64,000 nucleotides of DNA from an uncultured Pseudomonadales bacterium (GTDB taxonomy: Bacteria; Patescibacteriota; Microgenomatia; UBA1400; PJMF01): assembly GCA_964457085.1 (NCBI GenBank), contig CAYWDM010000003.1:128514-192513 (forward strand), written 5' to 3'. The first letter of the stretch is position 1; each line of letters starts with the position of its first letter. This document shows positions 41,554 to 51,727 of this stretch, in pieces. The notes beneath the pieces were generated by a model. That model was not told where the DNA came from, did no database searches, and saw only the letters and a list, made by a program, of their open reading frames with translations. The translations under genes and the position numbers were made by a program.

Positions 41554-42369
41554 GTGTTGTTTGTCTCATATTTGTTAGTTGGCTTCGCCCTGTTCTACTT
41601 TGGTGCGATAATAGGCAGTTTCGTAAATGTCTTTATCTACCGAACAGTACAGGGCGAAGATTGGGTAAATGGCAGATCTCGTTGTGAAGTCTGCCACCGT
41701 AAAATTCATTGGTACGATAATTTTCCGATACTTTCTTATTTGGTTTTAAATGGCAAATGTCGCTATTGCCACACTGGCATTTCGCCAATTCATCCTATTG
41801 TTGAGGGACTGATGGGCAGCCTGTTTGTTTGGTGGTATTTTATTGGCACTTTATTTTTTAGGTTAACTGAACAGCCTTACTCTGCGATACAACCTGCCTT
41901 TTGGTTGTTGGTTGGCATATTGTTGTTGGTGATTTGTGTAGCAGATTTACTGTATCTAATAATTCCTGATACTGCAGTGATATCACTGATGGTTTTGACA
42001 CTTACCTACCGGATAAGCTTAGCTGTTGGTGGCCAGATGCAGTGGCGAGATTTCGGCATGATGCTGGTTGGAATGGTAGGTCTTGTTGGTTTCTTCCTTT
42101 TTCTCTACTTTGTGACCAAGAAAAAAGGTTTTGGACTGGGTGATGTCAAACTTGCAGTGCCGCTTGCTTTGTTACTTGGGTGGCCAAAAATTGTGGTGGG
42201 CATATTTGCTGCATTTATATTTGGAGCACTCGTTGGTGGCGTACTATTATGGAAGAAACTAAGAACATTAAATAATGTATTGCCCTTTGCACCTTTTTTA
42301 GTAATCGGAGCATTGTTTTCACTGTTGTTCGGAGAGCAGATTTGGCAAATGTATTTCAGTCTGCTTTAA
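41554..42369 (+). CDS. pilD: Prepilin peptidase
   Basis: GSFVNV, RSRCxxC...CxxC, GLGDVKL, PFAPFL. Confidence 0.93.
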   Translation: MLFVSYLLVGFALFYFGAIIGSFVNVFIYRTVQGEDWVNGRSRCEVCHRKIHWYDNFPILSYLVLNGKCRYCHTGISPIHPIVEGLMGSLFVWWYFIGTLFFRLTEQPYSAIQPAFWLLVGILLLVICVADLLYLIIPDTAVISLMVLTLTYRISLAVGGQMQWRDFGMMLVGMVGLVGFFLFLYFVTKKKGFGLGDVKLAVPLALLLGWPKIVVGIFAAFIFGALVGGVLLWKKLRTLNNVLPFAPFLVIGALFSLLFGEQIWQMYFSLL

Positions 42370-42442
42370 TCAATAGTATGGATTGTGTGACTAAAAACAT
42401 CGTCAATGCTGTTTTGAGATCACATGATGCTGATAGCTGCCT

Positions 42443-43456
42443 ATGAGAATTCTAAAAGCACTATTTTTTTCCTTTGTAATCTTGTTGGTGACACTTATTG
42501 TTGTGGTGTATGGGGCTCGTGAAGTTTTGCTAATCGGCTCAACTTGGCTCATTTCTAGCCGATACAATCAAGTAGTGCAGTCAGTTGCTGCTGGTGATCA
42601 CAGACAAGAATGCATGAAACTTGGAGTGTTTGGAGGTGAAGCGTTCCCCCAACTTCGTTTCGTATCTAGCACCGAGTACTATGCCGAAGCAGTGTGCGGC
42701 ACATTGAGTGAGAGTGCATTAGTCATCACAAAATACAAACTGTGGCCACTGGTAACAAAGACCACTGGAGACTCTGGATTAACTGATCAAAAGAAACAAG
42801 CGGTGGTGGCATTGGAAGTTCTAGGACGAGTTGCCTCAGTAGAACAAGACGAATTTGGGAATACACACACCGTTTGGAGAAAAGGTAAGCTCATCTCGAC
42901 TGGTGCTGGACCAGTGACTAATTGTGGTGGATATGGCACAACCTGTTGTATTGAAGGTGAAGAGCAAGGCATTGGAGATCAGATTAAGGGTGCTCTAGAT
43001 TGTCCCAAAACTTGTTATGTTGCCTGTTATAGTCGGCCTGTAATCTTGGCGTTTAACTCTAACCCGTTTTATGACTATGAGAGCCGAATTTTGACTGTTA
43101 AGCGTGGTCAGACGATTGATTTTAGTTATGTGATTAGTGAATCACAACGCGATGTATTTGCTGATGCTCGTTTGAAGGAAAACACCGATCCACTTGCTAT
43201 TTTATTGTCGTTATCCAAACAACTTTTAAATACCAAAAAAATTGAGGCTGAAAAAGAGGCACTGAGGCAAGTGACACTTGATTTTGGCGATGGTGAAACC
43301 ACGACTTTAAGTAAGCTGCAAGATACCGGAAGCCACAGCTATACCTGTGCTCGAGAGCTTTGCAGATACACTGCAAATTTGTCAGCAAAAAATTACTATG
43401 GTGCCCAGACATTAGCTGGATATCTCAGCACGATCACTATTAATGTGGTACCGTAA
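42443..43456 (+). CDS. Exported Cys-rich protein with C-terminal PKD-like domain
   Basis: N-terminal TM, Cys cluster, LDFGDG...HSY PKD signature. Confidence 0.65.
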   Translation: MRILKALFFSFVILLVTLIVVVYGAREVLLIGSTWLISSRYNQVVQSVAAGDHRQECMKLGVFGGEAFPQLRFVSSTEYYAEAVCGTLSESALVITKYKLWPLVTKTTGDSGLTDQKKQAVVALEVLGRVASVEQDEFGNTHTVWRKGKLISTGAGPVTNCGGYGTTCCIEGEEQGIGDQIKGALDCPKTCYVACYSRPVILAFNSNPFYDYESRILTVKRGQTIDFSYVISESQRDVFADARLKENTDPLAILLSLSKQLLNTKKIEAEKEALRQVTLDFGDGETTTLSKLQDTGSHSYTCARELCRYTANLSAKNYYGAQTLAGYLSTITINVVP

Positions 43457-43464
43457 AGGAAGCT

Positions 43465-43944
43465 ATGTTTGTACACACTCCCCTATTTCAACAACAAAGA
43501 CGACGGAAACAATTTGGTTTTAGTTTGTTAGAACTTTTAGTGGTTGTTTCTATTATTGGAATTTTGATTGCAATTGCTGCTGCTGCTTATTCCACAGCAC
43601 AGAAAAAAGGTCGTGATGCCAAACGTCGTGGAGATGTGGCTGCGATGCAAAAAGCCTTTGAACAATATAATGCAGCAAATAATGGTGCATATGACAGTGT
43701 GGGCACTAATTGTAGTGGTATGGTAAGTCTATCTGGTTCTGATTTTCTACCAGGCGGTTTGCCAGTTGATTCAAAAGGAAACCCCTATACCTGTTTCAAT
43801 ACAAGCTCTACTTACTGCATCTGCTCAACCGTACTTGAGGGTGGTGGTGGTAACACGCTCGCATTGCCAACCGATGCTGATTGTGCCGGAATTGGGGCTC
43901 CCGCAGCAGTAAATACGTATTTTTGTACCAAAAATTTGCAATAG
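43465..43944 (+). CDS. Type IV pilin-like protein
   Basis: G|FSLLELLVVVSIIG, RDAKRRGD. Confidence 0.9.
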   Translation: MFVHTPLFQQQRRRKQFGFSLLELLVVVSIIGILIAIAAAAYSTAQKKGRDAKRRGDVAAMQKAFEQYNAANNGAYDSVGTNCSGMVSLSGSDFLPGGLPVDSKGNPYTCFNTSSTYCICSTVLEGGGGNTLALPTDADCAGIGAPAAVNTYFCTKNLQ

Positions 43945-43947
43945 CAT

Positions 43948-44376
43948 ATGCTAAAAATAATGCAGAATTTACAATTAAAAACTCGTAGACGTCAGGGTGG
44001 TTTTTCAATGATTGAGCTGTTGGTGGTGGCGACGTTAATAATCATTTTGACCATGATTGGACTGGTGAGTTATAGCAAGACATTGGTGAATAGTCGTAAT
44101 GCACGTCGCAAAGCTGATTTAGAGGTGATGCGACAAGCACTCGTTTTATATAAACTTGATAATGGTCGCTATCCTAATCAACAAGGTGTCCATGCTGAAG
44201 CAGTGACCATCGGCAGCAGCTATCTGCAAACCGCACCGCTAGATCCAAAAAATGATGCTACTTATTTTTATCAATACGATGGGACAGGAACTTGCACAGT
44301 AGCTGGCTGTACCACCTTCACTTTAACTGCAAGGCTAGAATCAAGTGCAACCGTGTACTCAGTAAATAATCCATAA
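43948..44376 (+). CDS. Type IV pilin / GspG-like protein
   Basis: G|FSMIELLVV, RKADL..ALVLYKLDNGRYP, PLDP. Confidence 0.9.
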   Translation: MLKIMQNLQLKTRRRQGGFSMIELLVVATLIIILTMIGLVSYSKTLVNSRNARRKADLEVMRQALVLYKLDNGRYPNQQGVHAEAVTIGSSYLQTAPLDPKNDATYFYQYDGTGTCTVAGCTTFTLTARLESSATVYSVNNP

Positions 44377-44384
44377 AGTATCGT

Positions 44385-44927
44385 ATGGAACAGCACTACT
44401 TAACGAACTGGAGGTCTGTTCATAATTCAAAAAGTGGTTTTACTTTGATTGAAATGTTAGTTGTCGTAGCAATCGCAACTCTATTTGTTGGTGGCGGTTT
44501 AGCGGGATTCATGAGTTTTAACTCACGCCAAAAAGCTATAAATGGAGCCAAAGAATTGGAGCAGATAATTAAAATTGCAGAAACAAAAACTCAATCAGGA
44601 GTGGTCGGCGTTTGTAATCAACTTGAGGCATATGAAATCACTTTTGACACGGCCGTTGATCCTGTGATTGTTTCGCTACAAGAGGTGTGTGCCACTGGCG
44701 AGGTAGTAACTCCTGTTGCAACAGAATATCCCCTGTCCCAGGGAGTTTCGATGTCGTTTAGTCCTGCCACCACGTATATTCGTTTTAAAATCTTAAGCGG
44801 GGGGCTGCTGTTTAGCAGTGGTGCCAGCAGCATTCAAGCACAATTTGAAGATGCAAATAACCCAGGTCAAGTATATGCAGTTACCATTTCCGAAGGAGGC
44901 GATGTCAGTGAAGGCGATTGGCTCTAA
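44385..44927 (+). CDS. Minor pilin
   Basis: G|FTLIEMLVV. Confidence 0.88.
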   Translation: MEQHYLTNWRSVHNSKSGFTLIEMLVVVAIATLFVGGGLAGFMSFNSRQKAINGAKELEQIIKIAETKTQSGVVGVCNQLEAYEITFDTAVDPVIVSLQEVCATGEVVTPVATEYPLSQGVSMSFSPATTYIRFKILSGGLLFSSGASSIQAQFEDANNPGQVYAVTISEGGDVSEGDWL

Positions 44928-45405
44928 ATTTCATCGAGGAACTTTCTTCCACTCTCAATTGGGGTTTGGAATCATGGAGGTGGTCATCTCGATTGGTATT
45001 GTCGGTTTAATTTTGACCGCAATTTCTAGTGGTCTGATTTTTTCACTTAAAACTAATGCAGAAACCAAGTTTCGAGGTATTGCACTGAGTAAAAATCAAG
45101 AAGTTTTTGAAGTTATTCGTCGGGAACGCGTGATCAGAGGTTGGGATAGTTTTTTACAACTATACGGTGGGGGTGTTGCCGGGACATATACTTATTGTCT
45201 TAATTCCGCAAATATACTGGATCACGCCAATTTCCCTCCTGCAGCTGCCGCCTGTGTTGATACGGTTGATTGGGAAGGAAATGACTACATTCGTGAGCTA
45301 GTAGTTGATACAACCACTGTTGGCCAAATCGGTTTTACCTCGACGGTATACTGGCAGGGTCGTGACAAGCAAATTCAGCTCTCACAGACACTCAAGAGTT
45401 GGTAA
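44902..45405 (+). CDS. Minor pilin (PilV-like)
   Basis: G|FGIMEVVISIG; start placed near the end of the previous gene. Confidence 0.8.
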   Translation: MSVKAIGSKFHRGTFFHSQLGFGIMEVVISIGIVGLILTAISSGLIFSLKTNAETKFRGIALSKNQEVFEVIRRERVIRGWDSFLQLYGGGVAGTYTYCLNSANILDHANFPPAAAACVDTVDWEGNDYIRELVVDTTTVGQIGFTSTVYWQGRDKQIQLSQTLKSW

Positions 45406-45465
45406 TAACCAGAAGCAGTAAACATCCCAAAAATGGTTGACACACTTACCTACGGGAAGACTTTA

Positions 45466-46020
45466 TTACAGATTTTGGTTTCTCACTGAAACACCAGAAC
45501 GGAACTCACGGATGATGGTTTCTGAGTCGTTACCAGCACCTTCTCCTCGTTTCAGTTTGAAGTAAATCTCAACGTAATTTTGTTTGTTTTCACCCTCATA
45601 GCAGTTGAAGGTGATGGTGTTAGCAGGATCTAATGCCATTGAATCCGAACTGAGATAGTAAATTTTTCCGGTTGTGGTCGAAGTTGAAGCAATTCGACCA
45701 TTATCTGCTCCAAGTATAGTGATGCCGCCATCGCCATTTTCGAGCTCAAGTCCAGAGATGATGCCAGCCACACAGGTGGTGTTGATTTTACGAGCATTAC
45801 GAATAATAAAACTCATTCGATCGATTGCTCGCTCTCCCTCACTCTTGGCTTTTTGCTCAAAGTTGGATTTAGCTGAACTTATCACAAATGACATAAAAAA
45901 ACTTGAGACAGTGGTCAAAAGTATAACTGAGATTGTGGTTACAACCAACAACTCAATTAGGGTAAACCCAGATTGATTCGAGTATTCAGAGAACCTACTT
46001 TGTGAGACATGCTGACGCAT
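45466..46020 (-). CDS. Minor pilin (PilW-like)
   Basis: G|FTLIELLVV, IRNA, C-terminal VSVRN. Confidence 0.85.
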   Translation of the reverse strand: MRQHVSQSRFSEYSNQSGFTLIELLVVTTISVILLTTVSSFFMSFVISSAKSNFEQKAKSEGERAIDRMSFIIRNARKINTTCVAGIISGLELENGDGGITILGADNGRIASTSTTTGKIYYLSSDSMALDPANTITFNCYEGENKQNYVEIYFKLKRGEGAGNDSETIIREFRSGVSVRNQNL

Positions 46021-46034
46021 TTTTGGTACGTCCT

Positions 46035-47894
46035 TTATCGCTGTGGTGCTATCTCTTTCCAGTTATATTGTGCAGTCTTCATCTCGGTTGGATAGTTGTC
46101 AACGAAATCAGGCCTGAAAATGAAGACCTCTGAGGGGCTGACACTATTCATGGTTTTGCCGAGTAAGCCATCGTCATAGTTACGTAGTAGGTTAATACCA
46201 TTCCCAGTAGCTGCACTATCAAGTGCAACAAAGGTGCCTGATCCAATAAACTTACGATCAATGGTTGCGACATTGCTGTCACTGTTGATAGTGATTTGTC
46301 CATCAGCAACGAACACCCCTTCTAGATTAGCGGTTACATTACTTGGAGTGACGGTATTGCTGTTGTGTCCTACTGCAGCGTCAATGATGATGTTGTTTCG
46401 AACAACGAACATCAGGAAACCACCATTGGCAACTGAAGTAAGCTTCGAGGCATCTAGAGCACTACTATTGGAAAATTGTAGACTGCCGGGAATAAAGACG
46501 ATGACCTTTTTGTCAGCAGGGATGCTGAGTGGTATTGCAGCATCTGCTTTGTCGATGACTAAGTTTCCAGCGTTATACAAATAGAGACCAGTGACGCCAG
46601 CAGCCTGAGCTGTGATCTTGGAGTTAAGATCTGTCAGACTACTTGTAGTGATGAGCTGACGGCTGACATTACCATAGAAGAAATCATAGTTTTCAGCACT
46701 GGGAGCGACACCAATGGCATAGGCTCCAAGAGAGGTTGTTCGACTTGTTGCCGAGTGTACGTATGCATCACTGTCATCCTTAGTAGTTTTGACCGTACCG
46801 GTGTTGCCTACTGCGATGAATCCGCCATAGTTAGAGTTGGTAGCCGCAGTGATGACGCCACTCTCACAGTTGGGATCAGTGTCACAGGTAGCGACTGGAA
46901 CCTTTGACTTAACTTCATAGCGAGCGTAAATATTGCCGCCAACAGTCTGCCACCATGGATCAGCTAAGTTGTTTTCTTTAACAAAGAAGCTAACGGTGTC
47001 ATCAGCAGTGATACCACTATATTCACATAGATAGTCTTGACCAGCGGTTAATGGACAACCACAAGTGTATGCCACTGCTTGACCTGGAGCTGGGGTTGGG
47101 AGGGCTAAGCGGACACGATAATCTGTTGCTCCTTTAACAAGGTTGGTAACGATGGTGAAGGTGGAACCAAGAATGGTGCCTGGGGAGATAACTCCACTAC
47201 TATCTTTAGTGGCACTCACCGCTGCATTAGCAACAATTTGTGGAGTTGGTGCCAGTCCGATACGAGTACACATACCCCCAATGGCTTGGATAGTGCCATC
47301 ATCATTGTCGTAGTAAATGTTGCCAACAATCACAGGTGTGGGAGTTGGAGTTGGTGTGTTGGTTGGTGTGGGCGTAGGAGTATTTGTTGGTGTCGGTGTG
47401 TTGGTTGGCGTAGATGTGGGAGTGCTTGTTGGAGGAATAGGTGTTGGGCTGGCACCAATTGGAGGATCACCAGTTGGATTTGGTGGTGTAGTTGGGCCGA
47501 CTCCATCCCAAGCACAGTTAAGGGTGGCGGTGCCTCGATTCGTTTCACACGTAGTCATAAAAAGCACACAGTTGCAGAGATTTCCAGAGTAGATAAGGGT
47601 ACTGCATGTTCCAGAACAACTTTCATCACTTTGCGTGCAGTTGCATACACTCTCATATGTCCCCTGACAGGTAGCGGATGGAACAGTACATGAACAGTTA
47701 CCAGGACCACAGTCGCAGCTCTCATTTGAGACACCGGTCGTGGCACAGTAACCCGCACCTTCTCCCCATCTACCGCAATCAGAAATCTGATTGCCACCGG
47801 GAGATCCAGCAACGCAATCTGCACTTACAGTAGAAGTGGCTACGACAAAAAAAACTGCTGCAATAAAAAAAGTTTTGTAAGAGTTAATGGACAT
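46035..47894 (-). CDS. Secreted Cys-rich, Pro/Thr-linker protein (putative pilus-associated adhesin)
   Basis: Signal peptide, dense Cys N-domain, PTNTPTPT repeats, WWQTVGG, C-terminal FRPD...WKEIAP. Confidence 0.7.
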   Translation of the reverse strand: MSINSYKTFFIAAVFFVVATSTVSADCVAGSPGGNQISDCGRWGEGAGYCATTGVSNESCDCGPGNCSCTVPSATCQGTYESVCNCTQSDESCSGTCSTLIYSGNLCNCVLFMTTCETNRGTATLNCAWDGVGPTTPPNPTGDPPIGASPTPIPPTSTPTSTPTNTPTPTNTPTPTPTNTPTPTPTPVIVGNIYYDNDDGTIQAIGGMCTRIGLAPTPQIVANAAVSATKDSSGVISPGTILGSTFTIVTNLVKGATDYRVRLALPTPAPGQAVAYTCGCPLTAGQDYLCEYSGITADDTVSFFVKENNLADPWWQTVGGNIYARYEVKSKVPVATCDTDPNCESGVITAATNSNYGGFIAVGNTGTVKTTKDDSDAYVHSATSRTTSLGAYAIGVAPSAENYDFFYGNVSRQLITTSSLTDLNSKITAQAAGVTGLYLYNAGNLVIDKADAAIPLSIPADKKVIVFIPGSLQFSNSSALDASKLTSVANGGFLMFVVRNNIIIDAAVGHNSNTVTPSNVTANLEGVFVADGQITINSDSNVATIDRKFIGSGTFVALDSAATGNGINLLRNYDDGLLGKTMNSVSPSEVFIFRPDFVDNYPTEMKTAQYNWKEIAPQR

Positions 47895-47896
47895 AT

Positions 47897-48520
47897 CTAT
47901 TTATAAGTGAGTAATGTAAAGCTAGCTGCCAAGAAAATCGGTTTGCCTGATGTCATTTTTGGTAGGTCTTTAGGATCCTCGCTTTCAGCAAAGCGTGCCG
48001 GCCACTCAGTGCCAAAACTTTGATTGATTTTCTGGAAAAATTTTGAGGTTTTAATATCCTCGGGGTTGTAATTGCTTGTTTCTGCATATAACTGTACTGC
48101 AGGATCTTCTCTATCAAGAACCTTTGAAATAAGTTTGTCTATGTAGCTGTCACCAGGTAGTTCTATAGCACTTACCACAGTGTTAATTACTAGAAATTGG
48201 CGCAACTCTTGGTTGTACAGTGCTAATGGAACCTGTACTGTCTCGATGGTGCCGTCTTTTTTGCGATACACACAAGATGTTTTTCGCACCATAACCAGCC
48301 CGTTTTCGAGTTCTTCAAAGGTATTTTCAATTTGAGTAGATGCAAGTCGACACTCTAGATAGTAGCTCTGTATTTTATTGGCTAATCTAATTGCTGGTTT
48401 CTCTGAAATTGAAGGGGCAATGTTCTCGAGTCGGCGCTTTTTTATTACTCGTGTGAGTAAAATCATGCCTACAATAGCGAGTACTGCTAGAACTAAAAAC
48501 AAGAGTATATTTTTCTTCAC
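47897..48520 (-). CDS. Membrane-anchored hypothetical protein
   Basis: N-terminal TM; shares a domain with the adjacent gene. Confidence 0.7.
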   Translation of the reverse strand: MKKNILLFLVLAVLAIVGMILLTRVIKKRRLENIAPSISEKPAIRLANKIQSYYLECRLASTQIENTFEELENGLVMVRKTSCVYRKKDGTIETVQVPLALYNQELRQFLVINTVVSAIELPGDSYIDKLISKVLDREDPAVQLYAETSNYNPEDIKTSKFFQKINQSFGTEWPARFAESEDPKDLPKMTSGKPIFLAASFTLLTYK

Positions 48521-48595
48521 AAATCTAGTGTACAGTTCTTGTTGAGAATCTACAAGTAAGCTATTTGGTGCTTAGTGCTTATTTTTGAATCAAAT

Positions 48596-49714
48596 TTATT
48601 CACCTCTTTTAAAGTCAGCATATGCGGGGATGACGAAGTTCTCGGCATTTGGCTTATCTGGGAATTCGTCTACAACACCCTGATCGTAATAAATGTCACT
48701 TGGAGTTCCAAATGAGTCGACCGCGGCTTGCATAAATGCTTTGTCGTATTCACTACCACCTTTTGTTTTACCCATACCAAACTGCATGATTAGATATTTA
48801 CCAGTTGGGCTTATTTTACTCAGTAGCCCTCTTAGTTGGCCATCGATAAATGCATCAGTTGGTTTGCCCTCAGATGGGGCGGCTTGGGCCATGATACGGA
48901 ATTGATTGGTATCTCTATTATAGAATGCCAACGGCATGGTAACAGTTTGTGTTTTGCCAGCTGCGTCAACAAAAAAACAGTCTGCTACTCTGAGAATGTC
49001 AAGATTGGCAAATTGAAAGTTGACAGTTCTAACGCTATCCAGTTCGACGGCACAATATGTTCCCCGTCTTTCATTTTTATTTACGATTTTTGTGGGGAAT
49101 TGTTGTTCACTTCCACTCGATGCAACTATTCCCTCTAGGTATGCCGGGTCAATTACAATTTCTGGGATCGCAGTTGGTGGCACCTCTGTTGGTGGTATCT
49201 CAGTTGGTGATATTGGCGTCCAAGACAGTGTGGGAGTGGGAACATCTTGGGTACCATTAGCTATGTCAGTTCCAGCTTGTCCCGTTGCAGTAGCAGCAGC
49301 TTCTGTATTACTAAATGCTTTGGCAGGAGGTGCCCCGCATGCAGACACAACCATTGAAAAACAAACTAGCAGAGTCAGGATTGTCAGTAGCTTGTTCCCT
49401 GAAAATTCAAAGCGATTGGGATGTTTTAATTTAAACTTAATTTTATCAAAAATAGCAGCAACGACTTGATTTATGTCAATGCTTTCAACAGTGGCGGGAG
49501 TGATTTCTCTTTCAAGAGCTGCAACAAATAGTTCTTCATCTTCGTTCATGCCAAGCTTTTCGGCTTGCAATTCAACCCAAGCACGCACCACTGCAGTTTG
49601 GTCACCGATAAAAGCTCTTGCTTTTTCCACCAACGCTCTACCCTGTTCTTGGATACTGCCACTCATCTCTGCGATTTTTGCAGCAAATCGTGACTTTTCG
49701 TTTGTTTCTGACAT
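48596..49714 (-). CDS. Hypothetical protein with internal lipobox-like segment
   Basis: Hydrophobic stretch ending VVSAC, Pro/Thr linker, C-domain paralogous to 47897-48520. Confidence 0.7.
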   Translation of the reverse strand: MSETNEKSRFAAKIAEMSGSIQEQGRALVEKARAFIGDQTAVVRAWVELQAEKLGMNEDEELFVAALEREITPATVESIDINQVVAAIFDKIKFKLKHPNRFEFSGNKLLTILTLLVCFSMVVSACGAPPAKAFSNTEAAATATGQAGTDIANGTQDVPTPTLSWTPISPTEIPPTEVPPTAIPEIVIDPAYLEGIVASSGSEQQFPTKIVNKNERRGTYCAVELDSVRTVNFQFANLDILRVADCFFVDAAGKTQTVTMPLAFYNRDTNQFRIMAQAAPSEGKPTDAFIDGQLRGLLSKISPTGKYLIMQFGMGKTKGGSEYDKAFMQAAVDSFGTPSDIYYDQGVVDEFPDKPNAENFVIPAYADFKRGE

Positions 49715-50054
49715 GTTTTTTGTTTGTGTCCACACATATTTTGATGGACAATTACTGTGGATTTTATCACTAAATATAACCAATGCAAATAACTATAAGC
49801 CTAAATATGTATCCGTTACACATCGTCTGTTAATCTGGTAACTGAGTTTTTTTGATTTTTTCTTGATCCCATTTGATAGTCCTATAGTTATTAGAAAAAA
49901 ACAACAGTGGCAATAGCAGATGCACAACTCAGTGGCAAAGCAATTGGGAGTTATGGCAGCTGTTGTTAAAGAGCCTTATAATTTGTGTTGAGTTTTGACC
50001 CCCACTACGCTACAATCGTCAAGTTATTAGCCTTCATTTATATAAAGGATCGCC

Positions 50055-50213
50055 ATGGGTGCACTACCAAAGAATAAAATCACACGAGCTGAGCGCGGCA
50101 AAAGACGTCGAGGAAACACCAAAAGTGTCACTCAAGATGTTAAAGTTGTCAAAGTAGCTCCATACAAACAAGGTTTGGTGTCTGCTATTTTGAAGAGCGT
50201 TGGTTTGGCATAA
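50055..50213 (+). CDS. rpmF: 50S ribosomal protein L32 (52 aa, not in the ORF track)
   Basis: MGALPKNKITRAERGKRR; AAGGA upstream; heads the nusB-rnc-rpsP operon. Confidence 0.8.
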   Translation: MGALPKNKITRAERGKRRRGNTKSVTQDVKVVKVAPYKQGLVSAILKSVGLA

Positions 50214-50255
50214 TTTGTCAGCCGACGGTTTACATCACTCCACCTACAGTATTTA

Positions 50256-50738
50256 ATGAGTTCTATGTCTGATAATTCAGGATCAGTAAATGTGTTGACC
50301 AGTCAGCAACCAGTGGTTGATGATGAGTTGGTGCAAACTGAGGTTGATCCCAGACATCTCAAACGTGCCGCCTTGATGCAGGCGTTGTTCGCTGCCACTT
50401 TTGCAGGCCCTGATGAACAAGCAATTGAAGATGAGGAGTTGCAGCAAAAAGTACATACTATTTTTGAACAGTTGCCCACAATTGACGCCAAAATCAAGGA
50501 ACATGCCCCTGAGCGACCGCTCAGCGAGGTTAATCAAGTTGATTTGGCAATTCTCCGCTTGACAGTTTTCGAGGCGGAGCATAAAAAGACACCTATAAAG
50601 GTCTTGATTAACGAAGCAGTCGAGCTTGCCAAGCAATATGGCACAGAAAGCTCGCCTAAATTCGTCAATGGAGTCCTTGGTAAATTATTGGTATTAACTG
50701 AGGAAGAACATGTCGGTTCCAGCGAAACAACAACTTAA
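50256..50738 (+). CDS. nusB: Transcription antitermination factor NusB
   Basis: [20 protein letters not shown]...KFVNGVLG. Confidence 0.94.
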   Translation: MSSMSDNSGSVNVLTSQQPVVDDELVQTEVDPRHLKRAALMQALFAATFAGPDEQAIEDEELQQKVHTIFEQLPTIDAKIKEHAPERPLSEVNQVDLAILRLTVFEAEHKKTPIKVLINEAVELAKQYGTESSPKFVNGVLGKLLVLTEEEHVGSSETTT

Positions 50739-50991
50739 GTCACTCGAGCAACTTCGAAATTTATTGGCCGATATTACCGGCAATGAACTTGATGAAATTC
50801 ACCCCCAATCAAATTTGGAGGATGATCTCGGTATTAATCTAGCAGACGAGTTTCCTCGCCTACTCTCTCAAGTTAACACTGAGTTTGAGATTGAGCTTGA
50901 ACTAGATGCGGTGAAAGATGAAATGGAAGTAGCCGGTGAAACTGTGGCCGAATTAGCCAAATTAATTGACGATGAGAGTGAGCTTGGATAA
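50710..50991 (+). CDS. Acyl-carrier-protein-like protein
   Basis: Acidic, [20 protein letters not shown] pattern; upstream of rnc; no DSL serine. Confidence 0.7.
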   Translation: MSVPAKQQLKSLEQLRNLLADITGNELDEIHPQSNLEDDLGINLADEFPRLLSQVNTEFEIELELDAVKDEMEVAGETVAELAKLIDDESELG

Positions 50992-51017
50992 GCATACGAC
51001 ACTTGCGTAAGATATTT

Positions 51018-51695
51018 ATGGCGTTACCAACTTTTAAAAATTCTCAACTGCTTATAACTGCCTTATCTCATCGCAGTTCTCTAAACGAAAAAACTGCTTC
51101 TGGAACTACCGCTTTGGAATCAAATGAGCGATTGGAGTTTTTAGGTGATGCAGTACTTGAATTGGCTGTTACCGAGTATCTGTTCGCCATGTTTCCCGCG
51201 GAGCCTGAAGGTAAATTAACTGCCTATCGCAGTGCTTTGGTGAAAACCACCACACTTGCCGAGTTATCAAAAGAATTAAAGCTAGGTGATCAGATGTATA
51301 TGAGCAAGGGTGAGGAAGCTACTGGCGGTCGTAAAAATGAGAGTTTATTGGCCGACACTTTTGAAGCAGTGCTCGGAGCTTTGTATCTAGATCAAGGATA
51401 TGCTGTGGCAGTTGAGTTTCTGACTGCTAATTTATATCCCAAATTTGCCGATATTTTAGAGAACAAGCTATATAAAGATCACAAAAGTCTACTGCAGGAA
51501 GTAGTTCAGGCCAAAGGCTTACCTACTCCAGCATATGAGGTGGTAAAAGAGGTTGGTCCAGATCATGATAAGGAGTTTACAGTAGTAGTTAAAGTAGCCG
51601 AGATCGTCAAGGGTACTGGTGCGGGTAAGAATAAACAACAAGCCCAACAACAAGCAGCACTGGCAGCTTTGAAGGAATTTGGCGAATTATCTTGA
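51018..51695 (+). CDS. rnc: Ribonuclease III
   Basis: NERLEFLGDAVL, ADTFEAVLGA, dsRBD KSLLQE...GPDH. Confidence 0.97.
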   Translation: MALPTFKNSQLLITALSHRSSLNEKTASGTTALESNERLEFLGDAVLELAVTEYLFAMFPAEPEGKLTAYRSALVKTTTLAELSKELKLGDQMYMSKGEEATGGRKNESLLADTFEAVLGALYLDQGYAVAVEFLTANLYPKFADILENKLYKDHKSLLQEVVQAKGLPTPAYEVVKEVGPDHDKEFTVVVKVAEIVKGTGAGKNKQQAQQQAALAALKEFGELS

Positions 51696-51727
51696 TAAAT
51701 CATTAGAAGCAAGATACAATCCCCCCT

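Noticed and set aside
47330-47460. Short tandem DNA repeats (GTTGGTGT/GGAGTT)
   Set aside because: Explained by Pro/Thr linker codons.
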